From Selaginella moellendorffii (taxonomy: Eukaryota; Plantae; Lycopodiophyta): a stretch of DNA of 64,000 nt. This document shows, one piece after another, positions 10,645 through 22,674 of this stretch. Location of the stretch: contig NW_003314355.1 of NCBI RefSeq assembly GCF_000143415.4, forward strand, positions 205,410 through 269,409, given 5' to 3'. Numbering within the stretch: position 1 is the stretch's first letter; every line of letters starts with the position of its first letter. The translations under genes and the position numbers were made by a program. Below the pieces are notes generated by a model. The model had not been told where the DNA came from. It searched no databases and was given only the letters and a program-made list of their open reading frames with translations.

Positions 10645-13321
10645 GCTTGTTGCAAGAGGAGGTGCTGTCAACATGCTGATTGGGATGCTATTGAAGAGGA
10701 GAGAGCAAGATACAAGACATTGTCCTGGAAGGGAGCTCGCAATTTTGTGTATGAGGCATTACGGTCATCTGTTGATGCTTCAGAACATCACGTGGGGGGC
10801 ATGGTCTTCCAGAGGGGTTTGGTCTGCATGAAGGCATGGAGAATCATTTATGGAGTCCCTCGAACCACATTCTACAGAATCAAAACTGAGTTCGAGGAAC
10901 AAAGGGTTCAACAGGCAGTCCATGGGAACGACGGTACGCACAAAACCAGGGGTCATGTTGTATATGGAGAGGCAATCTTCAAGAGGTTTGTCGAGACATG
11001 TAGCGAGCAGCAACCACATAAAACCCGCCTCTTGGAAGATGGAACACGAGACACCCAACGAGTTCTCCCTTCCATGTATACCAAGGGGGCCATATTGGAA
11101 GATGTGAATCGGGAACTCCAGAGTAATGGCTACAGGAAGCTGAGCCAATCTAGATTTAGTAGATTGTGGAGCAACAGGTTCAGGGATGTGAGTATAGGAA
11201 AGTACTCCAGCTTTTCAAAGTGTGACAAGTGCACTGCTATCAAAATGGCTTTGTCGAAGAATTCTTGCAGCGCTCAAGAGCGAGAGACGTTGGTTAGAAG
11301 GCGGCTCGACCACAACATCGAGCAGAGAAGCTGCAGGACTGCATATTATCATAACAGGATTCTCTCCATGGAGAGACCTGACTCTTACCTCTGCATCATC
11401 CACGACAAAATGGACCAGAAAAAGACGTGCTTACCTCGACTCAATCCTGCCCCCAAGGCAATCTCTTCATCCATGCAGCTGCTTGTGTCTCTGTTTGGCA
11501 TAATCGCTCATGGGCATGGTGCCCAGAACTATAGGAACTTCTTTGTACCTCTATGGGGTGGCGGGGGTGCAAACATGATGATTGCGTCCCTAGCAAAACA
11601 CTTAAGGTCTCTGCAAAGTGCGCAGACTGAGCTGAACGGCCAACCCTTGCATAAGGCCCTTGTCGATCGAACCCCATACAGGGTTCAGCTGGAGGAGGAG
11701 CAAAGGCTTGCAGTATCGCGTGGGGCCCCATGCCATCCCAGTGAATATGTTGGCCGTCAGATTGTAGGGTTATCACGTGAGGCCTCATGCCATTCCGACG
11801 AGGCTGGTCGCCCGGTGAATGCACAGCCTCATCCAAACGAAGCAGAATCTCAAGGAAGTTCTTGCGGCCGATGTGGCCTTCCACCCCATCTTCTGCTCCA
11901 AACAGACAATGCTGGCAGTGAGAACAAAAACATGTACGTCTTCGCGTACTTGGCGATGCTTGTTGCCAAAGGCATATTTGAAACGGTTACACTTGGCTTT
12001 CTCATGGTTGGGCACACTCATGAAGACGTCGATGCCATGTTCAGTCACCTGGTAGAGTCCCTCCGGCGATCCAATGTCCTCACCCTCCCACAACTCTACG
12101 ATGAATTCCAAAATTGCATCAAAGGCATTGTTGAAGCTGCACTTCTGACAGAGGTTCCAGACTTTAAGGGGTTTGTAAGAGGCTACATCAGGGACGGATC
12201 CGAAACGCTGATTGGCCCCTCCAAGCCTCTTCAGTTTCATTTCAGCATGTGTGACGGTGCTCTAGTGATGAGGTACAAGATGAGAGAATGGGACACAGTG
12301 TGGCTGCCAGTGGACGGCATTGAACTCTTCAAGAGAGATCCCATAACTGGGGAACCTATGATTCCTCAGGGTTCCCCACGGCCGATGCACCCGGATGGAC
12401 TCAAAGACCAGGAAAGTATAGTGGCCGGGATTAGACAGCATATTGCCTTCTGGAAGAGGGGGTTGGTGTTTGGTGGAGAATCCTATTTTCAGAGGTGCAA
12501 GCCTTTGCTCGAATACTGGGAGAAGATTATATCTGCTATCCAAAATGGGCCGGTTGTATATGAAGAATTGGAAGAGTCCTTTTGGCCAGAACCCAGAGCA
12601 CCAGATAGTAGCGGAACAATGTCCTCTGGAAATGCAGTGACAGATAACGATGTTGAGGATCATTATTGTGGGCCGAGGAACAAGAAGCCGGATTCAGCAT
12701 TCAATCCAGTACAGGTCTGCAAAGGAATGGTCGTGCTTGTCAGACCCAGTAATAAAAAACAAATGATATGGGTGGGGCGCTGCATCACTGATGCAGAGGA
12801 GGACGCGGAAACTAACTCCTTCAATGTAACTGTGGAGTGGTTCAAGCCAAGTTCCGGATATACGAAGGATTGCCTAGAAAAGAGATGGGTGCTGAATCCA
12901 AGGGATCCCAGCATGAGCATATCGGTGGATAATGTTGTGCATGGTTGGATGCGGAAGCAGAGTGCCACCATCACCTTGCCAGACCATGCAAGAGATGCAG
13001 CAAGAGCATTCATAACCCGGGTTCAAGGTGAGATTCATTAATATTCCTTTACTAAGTTTCTAATGTATTTTATTTCAAGGTGAACAATCCGAATCTGAAT
13101 CAGAGGAGGCGTGATGGCATGTGGCCTGAGATGATGTGACATATGCATTTACCAATCACACGTGCATAAATCTAATAATATGGCGTGTGGCCCATATTAA
13201 TGGCACATAAACCCATATTGTGGGCTTACGTGCTTTATGTACCATCATTCCCTTGCAGCGAGTGTGTTGGTTTCCTTTTATAACACAACGAACTCCATAT
13301 TTTAGGGTGAAGAGCGTTCTC

Positions 13322-13579
13322 ATGGCAAGCACAAAATCTGTAAGTGAGGCAGAAAAGGAGACGGAGAAGGAGATAGGTGAAGATGTAGAATATATAAGTC
13401 TTCCAAACTCCCCGTACTATACTCCAGGTGATCATTTTTCTGAACAAACGGCAACATTAACAACTATCGAGAACGCCCCAGTAACGTCAGAGACAACAAT
13501 CCAAAGCAAAACAACTGACCCGGAGAAGGATGATAGTACCGTTGAGAGTACCAAAAAGGAGGTGTCCACTAGCGCTTAG
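13322..13579 (+). CDS. Short acidic S/T-rich hypothetical ORF (85 aa) between palindrome copies
   Basis: ATG at 13322 within ORF 13220-13579; no recognisable domain. Confidence 0.2.
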   Translation: MASTKSVSEAEKETEKEIGEDVEYISLPNSPYYTPGDHFSEQTATLTTIENAPVTSETTIQSKTTDPEKDDSTVESTKKEVSTSA

Positions 13580-15833
13580 GCTTATAATGGCGTGTGCCCT
13601 CATGCCATTTACTTGATCACCAAATACCTTTTTCCCTTTGCACTAGTATATCTTAATACCGGTCTGAGAAATAGAATGGCATGTGCCCTCAGGCCTTTTA
13701 CTAAATCACCTTTGAAAGAAATGCAAGCCTCTATGTCGTAAAAAAAAGGTACTAGAGAAATTCCTTAATAATATGAATGTTATTTAGTTTCATGAAAATA
13801 CACTAAGGGTCAAATGAGTTAAATGACTTCTCCAGACTAGCAATGCCTCTTGCTACACCTTCACAATTAGATTCGTTAGAAAAAGATAACATTGAATAAT
13901 ATCTAAATGTTCTCACCATTAAGTTATATGTCTGGCTAATAGGAATGACGTTCATCTTGGAAAGCTCACCACACACTCAATGAACAAACAAATAGTGTGT
14001 GCGCGCATGCCATCGCTCTTCTTTAGCTTCAGATTCAGCTTGTTCACCTTGACAATGAGATTTATTATACAACCAGATGGACTCAGTCTGGACATAAAGT
14101 CACCGCGCTAGTCACCATGCCCCAGATATGTCTAGCCCCTGGACAAAAAACATATAATTTCACGTCATTTTCAAATACTTGAAAATTTGTACCTAGTCCC
14201 ATTTTACTGAATAAATCCCACTTTAACGAAATAGAGCATTGTCATAGAGGTAGGCTCGTGGAGCCGATGGTGTGGAGACACCAAATGTGCCAAGGTGTGA
14301 TACTTTGGGGACTATGTTGGTGGGTTCATGAGAACCCCTTGCCAAAGGAATCCCAATAGAAATGGGAATGGCATAGCCTAAGCTGCAGAACATGCAGTTG
14401 GAGTGGGGTGACCCAGATAATGATGGAGGTGTGGAAGCACCAGCAATGAGTTGTAGGACATGACAACTACGAGGCAACTAAGCAAGAGGTGCAAAATAAG
14501 TGGTTAAACAGGTAGAAGGTAGCTACCCAAGCCTTCTTAATGGCATAGGGAAGTTAGATATACCCTTACGGGGGATAAGTTGCTTGTGTTGCGATATAGT
14601 AAGTCAATGTCATAAAAGGAAATACTCATTGTCAAGGAAGCCGTCATTGGGACACCCGAACACTCTAGAACACCAGGAGGTGGTGTTTGATGTCGCGAGG
14701 GCAGTAGATAAGGCCCAAGGGACTAAGTCCCTAGCGAATGATGGATAGTAGGTGCTATCCAAATGTCCAAGGTGGCGGGGACAGGAGAAGACCGTCTACT
14801 CGAATTGGACAAAGCCAAAAATGGAATTTTGGCAAGGCTAGCAATGGGCATGCAAAGGCCCGTAAGCAACAACGTAATCCCGGTATATGGGATTATAGGG
14901 TGAGCATACCTGGATTGAGGAACCACTCCCTAGGCTATCAGGTAGGTTCATCCCTAAGAATACTTGCTAAGGCATGATAGAAAGTGCAAAGCTATCCTCC
15001 TGGTCTGGAGGAGAATGACCGAAGGAAAGGTGTGAAGCCAAAAGCAAGAAGTAAGGGGATAGAACCGAACCATAGGAATCGAAGGGCATAACCAAGGTTG
15101 GTTATACCAGCTGGGAGTGGAGAATCAAGTGGGGGCTCGAGGGTGTTGCCGCTAGCAACCGTGATGCCATGGAGAGTCTAAAATATGGAATTGTCCATGT
15201 TAGACTATATGGTAATTGGAAAACTTGCAAAAAGGGGGGGCCTTAGCAAGCTAAGGGACAGAGTTCCTTCAAGGTTCCCAAAAAGGATTCTAGGTAACTT
15301 AGTACCTAGAGAGGCCAAGCGTAAAAGGTTCAAGGAACGCGCGAAATCAGAGTGGCGCAGCAGAAGTGTGGTCTTGAAGTTTGCCATGAGGCAAGGCTAT
15401 CAAGGTTAGGGAAGTAGTTCCCGAGTGTTCAAAGAGAAGGCTTTAAACGAAAGTCGATGATCAAGGGCTTTCACGCTTGTGCAGGAACCAGGTTACAGTG
15501 GTCGGCGGACTTGCCAAAGCGAGATTGGCAAGTCAGGGGAACAAATACCCTAGTTGAAGGTGATAACTTCAAAAAGGGTGGGCCATGGGGCAAGCATGGA
15601 GGAGTCCATGCATGATCACAGGCTTGTCAAGTGAGAGGACTTGGCAGTGGGGAGGAACTAGGTTCCTAAGCTGTGATCTATAGCGCGCTTTGAGTATAAG
15701 TTGGTGCACCGGCGTGGGGAGTCACGCCAGGCATCCTGGGTGATGCCGTCCGTAGATGCATATACGGAGGTTGGGTTCGAGTCCCGACCCTCTAGTGCTT
15801 GGGTTCGAGTCCCAAATCACTAGGGCGTGGTGA

Positions 15834-17491
15834 TGTAAGCGACTAATTTTTCCATTTTACTTTAGTCACTTAACTGCACTTCCGACCACTTGGAGGAGTC
15901 TCATTCACAACCTCAATAAGTCCCAATTAGGACTTGGGGCTTGCCAGCCCTGAGAATGGCATCTATGCCACTCAACCTTTGCACTTGGTCCAAGTGCTCC
16001 ATGTGTCCGATCCCATGACTGACACCCCAAGGTACCACCGACATACTAACCCATTACGCTAGGCCATGCCCATTCACCTTGGTCACACCGGTGGTCTAAC
16101 GCCACCTGCATCATAATCCCATCTCTCAAAGACTAGGCCGTCCATCCATGAGTGATCATCCCAGATCTACTCCTTAGCATCCTTAGGATGCCTGTAGACA
16201 TGGGGAATAGCCTTCCCCGACAACTCTTTTCCAGTCCCCACCAAGTCCCTTTTAGTCTATGGCCGTGTTCGCCAACACTGCCACTGGATCAAGGCCCGCA
16301 GGCCTGACCACTAAGTCCCACTATCCTTTGGGACTTCCTCACCATGTGACTGTATCCTTGGTCACTGCATTAGAGGCCTACTCCTCTTCCCTTTCACCGT
16401 TTGGGACTTTGGGACAACATTTCGGAACACCGTGGCCTTACGCAAGCCTCATGGGTACTCTCCCCGCCTTTTGCCTTTAGGTGCTCTAGCCATGGGCTTA
16501 GAGCGAGGTTCCATTGAGCCATGACAGGTATCCAAGTAGGTAGTGCCACCCACACTTGGACTGAGAGCATCGGCCAGTCGATCTCCCGGGGGAACTAGAG
16601 CCGGCTCTTGAACACTTCACCAAGCTACCCCACTTGTCGGTCCGTGTTCACTCTAGTCTTGGACTTCCCAGTGGGCAGCTCATCACCCAACACTGGGTCC
16701 GGCCTTCTTGGGCCAAACTGGCCTTTCCTGGCCAAACTGGCCTTCCCTGGCCAAACTGGCTCCACTGCAGTCCTCCCCCTACTATACTTTTGGAGCTCAC
16801 CAAACCCCCCAGGGTCTGGGAGACGAACGCTTTGGGCTTTCACCCTCTCAGGCTCGAACTCGGACTTGGCCTCGGACTCAGACTCGGACTCGGACTCGGA
16901 CTCGGACTCAGACTCGGACTCGGACACGGCCTCGGCCTCGGTCTCGGTCTCGGTCCCGATCTTGGTCTCGGTCTCGGTCCCGGTCCCGGTCTTGGTCCCG
17001 GTCTCGACTTCGGACTCCATCTCGGGTCTATCTCAGACTCCATCTCGGGTCCATCTCGGGTCCATCTCGGACTCCACCTCGGACTCTATCTCGGGTCCTT
17101 CTCGGTCCATCTTGGATTCCATCTCGGACTCCATGTCGGGTCCATCTCGGGTCCATCTCGGACTCCATCTCGGACTCCATATCGGACTCCATATCGGACT
17201 CCATATCGGACTCCACTTCGGGTCCATCTCGGACTCCATATTGGACTCCATCTCGAACACTTCCACGTGTCATGTGTTGGTCCTTTTTGGGTCCCTTTTT
17301 GGAGCCTTACTTATTGGTTGCCTCGTGCTTGCTCCTCAAGCACTTTGTTGGGAGTTCCACTCCCGCTCTCGACCTTCAAAGTCGAAGCTTTTAGTCCAAA
17401 CGTGTTATGCTTGTTTGGCTTTCGCTTCGGCCACTACCACATGGCACCGTTTCCGGCTCCACTTTGGGGCCTAGGGATTTTGTGTCTCACA
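15834..17491 (-). mobile_element. Solo LTR-A nested in an LTR-A internal region
   Basis: TG...CA; TSD GGTGA at 15829-15833 and 17492-17496. Confidence 0.97.
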
Positions 17492-18798
17492 GGTGATGGT
17501 TTGGAATATGAGGACACTCATATTTCGGTGGTCATGGACTCTCAGTGGGGAGACTGGTTTGGGCACACCGCCAAGCGAGGGATGCCTCGGAGTCGTGATG
17601 CACGGTTAGATTGCTTAGTGTGAAAGCTCGGCATATCTAACTTGAACGCTTTGGTGCAAGTGGCACCAAGGACATGGTGAGTGAGATGGGGACACCTAAT
17701 CTTAGTTGCTATGGACCCTTGGCCGGAAGGGTTGGCTTGGGTGCACCGCCAAGTGTGGGGGATGCCCCCGGGGTCATGGTCAACAACTTGAAGGTCTAGA
17801 AGACCCAATACCTATTGGCAAACTTGTTAAGGTGCCAAGGTTAGATCACTTGGTGATCTTATGGCCAAAACAAGGACAAAGTCCTTGTGAGGTTAAGGGA
17901 TAAAGTTCCAAGTTCAAAATGTTGATTGGAACTATTGATGATGGTGTGGCTTGGTTGAGGTGACCAAGTGAGAAGGACAACTTAGGGAAATGAGATATGT
18001 CCATGCAATGACATAGTGAGTCCGAGGAAAGTAGTCTCTATGAGAGACCCATGGGAGGGTCATAGAGTTGGGCCGTGGATAGAGCCCATAACAGAAAATG
18101 CTAAAAAGACGTACTAGGGGTGAACACCCTCCGGACTTGGCAAAGGAGAGTCTTTGCTATGGAACCGAAAGGATACCTCAAAAATGGAGGTAGCGATCCT
18201 ATGTTGCTGGGTGCAACAATCAACAGATAGGAGCAAAAGACTGTGGTTAAGTAAAGAGCCATGGGAATCATGGGAAAGAATCCAAATGGCAAAGTTAGGC
18301 CAAGAACACTAAAGTGTTGGGTGCTAACGGATTGTCGGAAAGGCAAGGTGTTCCTAAGGATGGATTCCCAATTGCTCCGATTTGGCGAAAGCAGAAGCTC
18401 CAAGGGTGGGAGCGGTAAGGTAGCCAAATGATAGGGCCATAGACAGCCCTAGCACAAAGTATGATAAATGGAACTTAGTGGCACGAAATAGAAGAGAGGA
18501 TGATGGTGCCCTCAAGTAAAGAACTTCCTAGGATGGGGAAGTGGAGTTGCACAAAATGTGCAATGCAAGGTGTTGGAGACACCTAGGAAATTGACTTCCA
18601 AAAGTCAAAGAGTAAAAGTTCCAAGGTACAAACGTTCCATAGATGGAAATTGAGACTACTCGAGAAGGAGTAGTGGGATTGACTTAGAGAAGGGTCTCTA
18701 AGAAGTTTAGCGAGAACTAAACCAATAAAAGGAGAGAACCACTACATGTGGTCCAATCAGTCTCTAAGTTGGAGAGACTGCCCTCCTTAGAGGATAAG

Positions 18799-18930
18799 CA
18801 AGGCATGGTGAGCCTTTGGTGTCAAACCATTAAGGAATATGCAAAAGGCATGGTGAGCCTTCAATGTCAAACCATTGATGAATACGGAGAAGGCATGGTG
18901 AGCCTTCAATGTCAAACCATTAACAAATAT
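18799..18930 (+). repeat. ~42-bp tandem repeat x3 near the 3' end of the internal region
   Basis: AAGGCATGGTGAGCCTT..TGTCAAACCATT units; three copies also at ~26327-26457 and two at ~47766-47850. Confidence 0.9.
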
Positions 18931-18933
18931 TGG

Positions 18934-20699
18934 CTAGGTCCCAAAGTGGAGCCGGAGGGGCGCCACGTGGTAGTGGCCGAAGCGAAAGCCAAACGAGAGT
19001 AACAAGTTTGGATTAAAAGCTCCGCCTTGAAAGGTCGAGAGCGTGAGTGGAACTCCCAACAAAGTGCTTGAGGAACAAGCACAAAGAGAGCAATAAGCGA
19101 GGCTCCAAAAAGGGACCCAAAAGGACCAAAACATGACACGTGGAAGTGTCCGAGATGGACCCGAGTTGGAGTCCGAGGTGGAGTCCGAGATGGATTCCGA
19201 GATGGAGTCTGAGATGGACCCGAGATGGAGTCCGAGATGGAGTTCGAGATGGGACCCGAGATGGACCCGAGATGGAGTCCGAGATGGTGTCCGAGAAGGA
19301 CCCGAGAAGGAGTCCGAGGTGGAGTCCGAGATGGAGTCCGAGATGGACCCGAGATGGACCCGAGATGGAGTCCAAGATGGAGTCCGAGAAGGACCCGAGA
19401 AGGAGTCCGAGATGAAGTCCGAGATGGAGTCCGAGATGAAGTCCGAGATGGAGTCCGAGATGGAGTCCGAGATGGAGTCCGAGATGGACCCAAGATGGAG
19501 TCCGAAGTCGAGACCGAGACCGGGGCCGAGACCGGGACCGAGACCGAGATCGGGACCAAGACCGAGACTGAGACTGAGACCGAGACCGAGGCCGAGGCCG
19601 AGTCCGAGTCCGAGTCCGAGTCCAAGTCCGAGTCCGAGTCCGAGTCCGAATCCGAGTTCGAGTTCAAGTCCGAGTCCGAGGCCGAGTCCGAGTTCGAGCC
19701 TGAGAGGGTGAAAGCCCAAAGCGTTCGTCTCCCAGACCCTGGGGGGTTTGGTGAGCTCCAAAAGTATAGTAGGGGGAGGACTGCAGTGGAGCCAGTTTGG
19801 CCAGGAAAGGCCAGTTTGGCCCAGGAAGGCCAGACCTAGTGTTGGGTGATGAGCTGCCCACTGGAAAGTCCAAGACTAGAGTGAACACGGACCGACAAGC
19901 GGGGTAGCTTGGTGAAGTGTTCAAGAGCCGGCTCTAGTTCCCCCGGGAGATCGACTGGCCGATGCTCTCAGTCCAAGTGTGGGTGGCACTACCTACTTGG
20001 ATACCAGGCGTGGCTCAACGGAACCTCGCTCTAAGCCCATGGCTAGAGCACCTAAAGGCGAAAGGTGGGGAGAGTACCCAGGTGGCTCGCGTAAGGCCAC
20101 GGTGTTCCGAAATGGTGTCCCAAAGTCCCAGACTGTGGAAAGGAAGAGGGGTAGCCCTCGGGTGGGGTGACCAAGGACACAGTCACACAGTGAGGAAGTC
20201 CTCAAGGATAGTGGGACTTAGTGGTCGGGCCGGTGGGCCTTGATCCAGTGGCAGTGTTGGCGAACACAGCCAAGGACAGAAAGGGACTTGGTGGGGACCG
20301 GAACAGAGATATTGGGGAAGGCTATTCCCCATGTCTGTAGGCATCCTAAGGATGTTAAGGAGTGGATCTGGGATGATCCCTCATGGACGGATGACCCAGT
20401 CTTTGAGAGACGGGATTGGAATGCAGGTGGTGTTGGACCACCAGTGTGACCAAGGTAATTGGGCATGGCCTTAGCGTAACTGGCCGATACGTCGGTGGTA
20501 CCTTCGGGTGTCTATCATGGGATCGGACACGTGGAGCACTTGGACCAAGTGCTAAGGTTGAGTGGCATGGATGCCATTCTCGGGGCTAGTAAGCCCCAAG
20601 TCCTGAGTTGGACTTATGGAGGTTGTGAATGAGACTCCTCCAAGTGGTCGGAGGTGTGGTTAAGTGACTAAAGTAGAATGGAAAAATTAGTCGCTTACA
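18934..20699 (+). mobile_element. LTR-A missing its first ~17 bp, shared between two tandem internal regions
   Basis: Joined to the upstream internal region at CTAGG microhomology (18934-18938) with loss of the PPT; ends GCTTACA and is followed by a PBS. Confidence 0.9.
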
Positions 20700-20702
20700 A
20701 CT

Positions 20703-20714
20703 TGGTATCGGAGC
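20703..20714 (+). promoter_or_regulatory. Primer-binding site, tRNA-iMet type (TGGTATCGGAGC)
   Basis: 3 nt after the LTR end; one mismatch to the canonical TGGTATCAGAGC; identical to 37415-37426. Confidence 0.9.
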
Positions 20715-22674
20715 TGTTCCTTAGTCCGACTTTTATTGGTGCTCAAGTATATCACCACTAGTGTTGGCATCGGAAGGTCCGAGGAGTGGGCCTATCCTTG
20801 AGGAGTAGCAAGTCGGGAAGACATGGCTCTCCATTACAGTTCATGTGTGAACTTGTAGACGAGGTGGTGGATAGAAAAGGGCCAATAATGGAACGACTTT
20901 GGGATCTTGGGAACAGTATATGGTTTTCCTCAAAGAGTTGAGGATGTGATCTAGATGAGCGTTTGACTTAGCAAACTGGCTAATGTAGTTGTGGTAAACA
21001 ACTACAGTTGGGATCACGAGAAAGATAAAGACTCCAAAGCAATAAAGGAGTTACAAGATTTTCCTCATATAGTTGAGGTTGGTGCTCATGAATGTGAGAC
21101 CAGAAGTAATGACCGTGGGAGGTCAAATACGGAAGAGGACTCAAGTCCTTGAAATGGTAGCCGGGGCTACCTCTAATAAATGCTGGAACAACCCCAGGAG
21201 TTGGGAGTGTATTAAGTGGATGAGTTGGTGTTCTCATCACATGGACAAGTAGTCTTAAGGGGCAAAGGTTGCCCTCAGAGAACAAAATCAAGTGTCGGAG
21301 TAACACTTGTGAAAATAGTCCTTTTGAGTAGGACAGGAATGCAAGAAGTGTATTCCAGTGAGCTAGTGCCTCACAAGTAGGACCTTAAGGGTCTGTGGAT
21401 TAACTAAGTCCAAAACTGCTGGATGACTCAAGTAAAGTCAACGGATGGTCCTAAAAGGACTGATGGAAGCATTTGGACTGAGGTGTGTTGTACCCCACAA
21501 AGAATGGGGGGGGATCATAGGATCCAAGGATGAGAACAGAGGGTATCTCATCGATGGCAAAATGTGCCATGCTAAAGTTATGGGAAAGGTGTTCCCAGAA
21601 GAAAACAACTTTGACATAAAGTTGTGTGTGACCTCTATGGTGCAGTGCTAACGGATGGTTGGCATGAGAAAGAGCGGTGTTAGTCTTGGCAAAGACTTAG
21701 ACACGAAGGGGAAATGTCATAGAGGTAGGCTCGTGGAGCCGATGGTGTGGAGACACCAAATGTGCCAAGGTGTGATACCTTGAGGCTATGTTGGTGGGTT
21801 CATGAGAACCCCTTGCCAAAGGAATCCCAATGGAAATGGGAATAGCATAGCCTAAGCTGCAGAGCATGCAGTTGGAGTGTGGTGACCCAGATAATGATGG
21901 AGGTGTGGAAGCACCAGCAATGAGTTGTAGGACTTGACAACTATGAGGGAACTAAGCAAGAGGTGCAAAATAACTGGTTACACGGGTAGAAGGTAGCTAC
22001 CCAAGACTTCTTAATAGCATAGGGAAGTTGGATATACCTTTACGGGGGATAAGTTGCTTGTGTTGCGATATAGTACGTCAATGTCATAAAAGGAAATACT
22101 CATTGTCAAGAAAGCCATCATTGGGACACCCGAACACTCTAGAACACGAGAAGGTGGTGTTTGATGTCGCGAGGGCAATGGATAAAGCCCAAGGGACTAA
22201 GTCCCTAGCGAATGATGGATAGAAGGTGCTATCCAAATGTCCAAGGTTGCGGAGACAGAAGAGGACTGTCTACCCGAGTTGGACAAAGCCAAAAATGGAA
22301 TTTTGGCAAGGCTAGTGATGGGCATGTAAAGCCCCATAAGCAACAATGTAATCCCAGTGTGTGGGATTATAAGGTGAGCATACCCGGATTGAGGAACCAC
22401 TCCCTAGGCTATTGGGTGGGTTCATCCCTAAGAATACTTGCTAAAGCATGATAGAAAGTGCAAAGCTATCCTCCTGGTCTGGAGGAGAATGACCAAAGGA
22501 AAGGTGTGAAGCCAAAAAGCAAGAAGTAAGGGGATAGAACCGAACCGTAGGAATCAAAGGGCATAACCAAGGTTGGTTATGCCAGCTGGGAGTGGAGAAT
22601 CAAGTGGGGGCTCGAGGGTGTTGCCGCTAGCAACCGTGATGCCATGGAGAGTCTAAAATATAGAATTGTCCATG

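Larger units (their letters stand above)
8061..13114 (+). pseudogene. Sola-like DDD transposase (~1,028 aa reconstructed), interrupted by a solo LTR
   Basis: Joining 8061-8734 + 10650-13027 + 13080-13114 restores TVACCKRRCC in frame. Motifs: VCMKAW, FSKCDKC, IIHDKMDQ, QTDNAGSENKN, FLMVGHTHEDVDAMFS. N-terminus has two VAxG...LG repeats like En/Spm-associated domains; C-terminus is Tudor/SH3-like (GMVVLVRP...IWVGR...VEWF). Probable introns at 7750-8059 (5' UTR) and 13028-13079. Confidence 0.8.
551..14013. repeat. Dispersed 24-bp imperfect palindrome, consensus AATGGCRTGWGGCCWCAYGCCATT, ~25 copies
   Basis: Copies start at 551, 626, 1868, 2059, 2200, 3672, 4949, 5009, 5086, 5842, 5977, 6136, 6215, 7065, 7788, 7886, 7956, 11714, 11771, 13586 and 13675; half or degenerate sites at 7137, 7173, 13113, 13179 and ~13990; none seen beyond 14.1 kb. 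Confidence 0.92.
14240..18933 (+). mobile_element. 5'-truncated non-coding internal region of the LTR-A (LARD-like) element, copy 1
   Basis: Colinear with 21716-26465 and 44562-47858; no long ORF. Confidence 0.9.

Noticed and set aside
9456-10679. Long ORFs rich in SD, GL, RT, SRTP or ESEM repeats here and in all LTR-A/B copies
   Set aside because: They are translations of stop-free hexamer/12-mer microsatellites in the LTRs, open in several frames on both strands.
9544-13041. 1,165-aa ORF as a natural protein
   Set aside because: Its N-terminal third is antisense LTR; the real N-terminus is at 8061.
551-14013. Palindromes as a CRISPR array or bacterial REP elements
   Set aside because: Spacing is irregular, there are no cas genes, and the context is eukaryotic and intron-rich.
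13620-14239. Right terminus (TIR) of the palindrome-bearing element
   Set aside because: The left end is outside the window and the right side is cut by an LTR-A fragment, so no TIR or TSD can be supported.
15769-15813. tRNA genes at the GGGTTCGAGTCCC motifs
   Set aside because: No acceptor stem, A-box or anticodon arm in tRNA geometry could be built; kept only as T-arm/B-box mimics.
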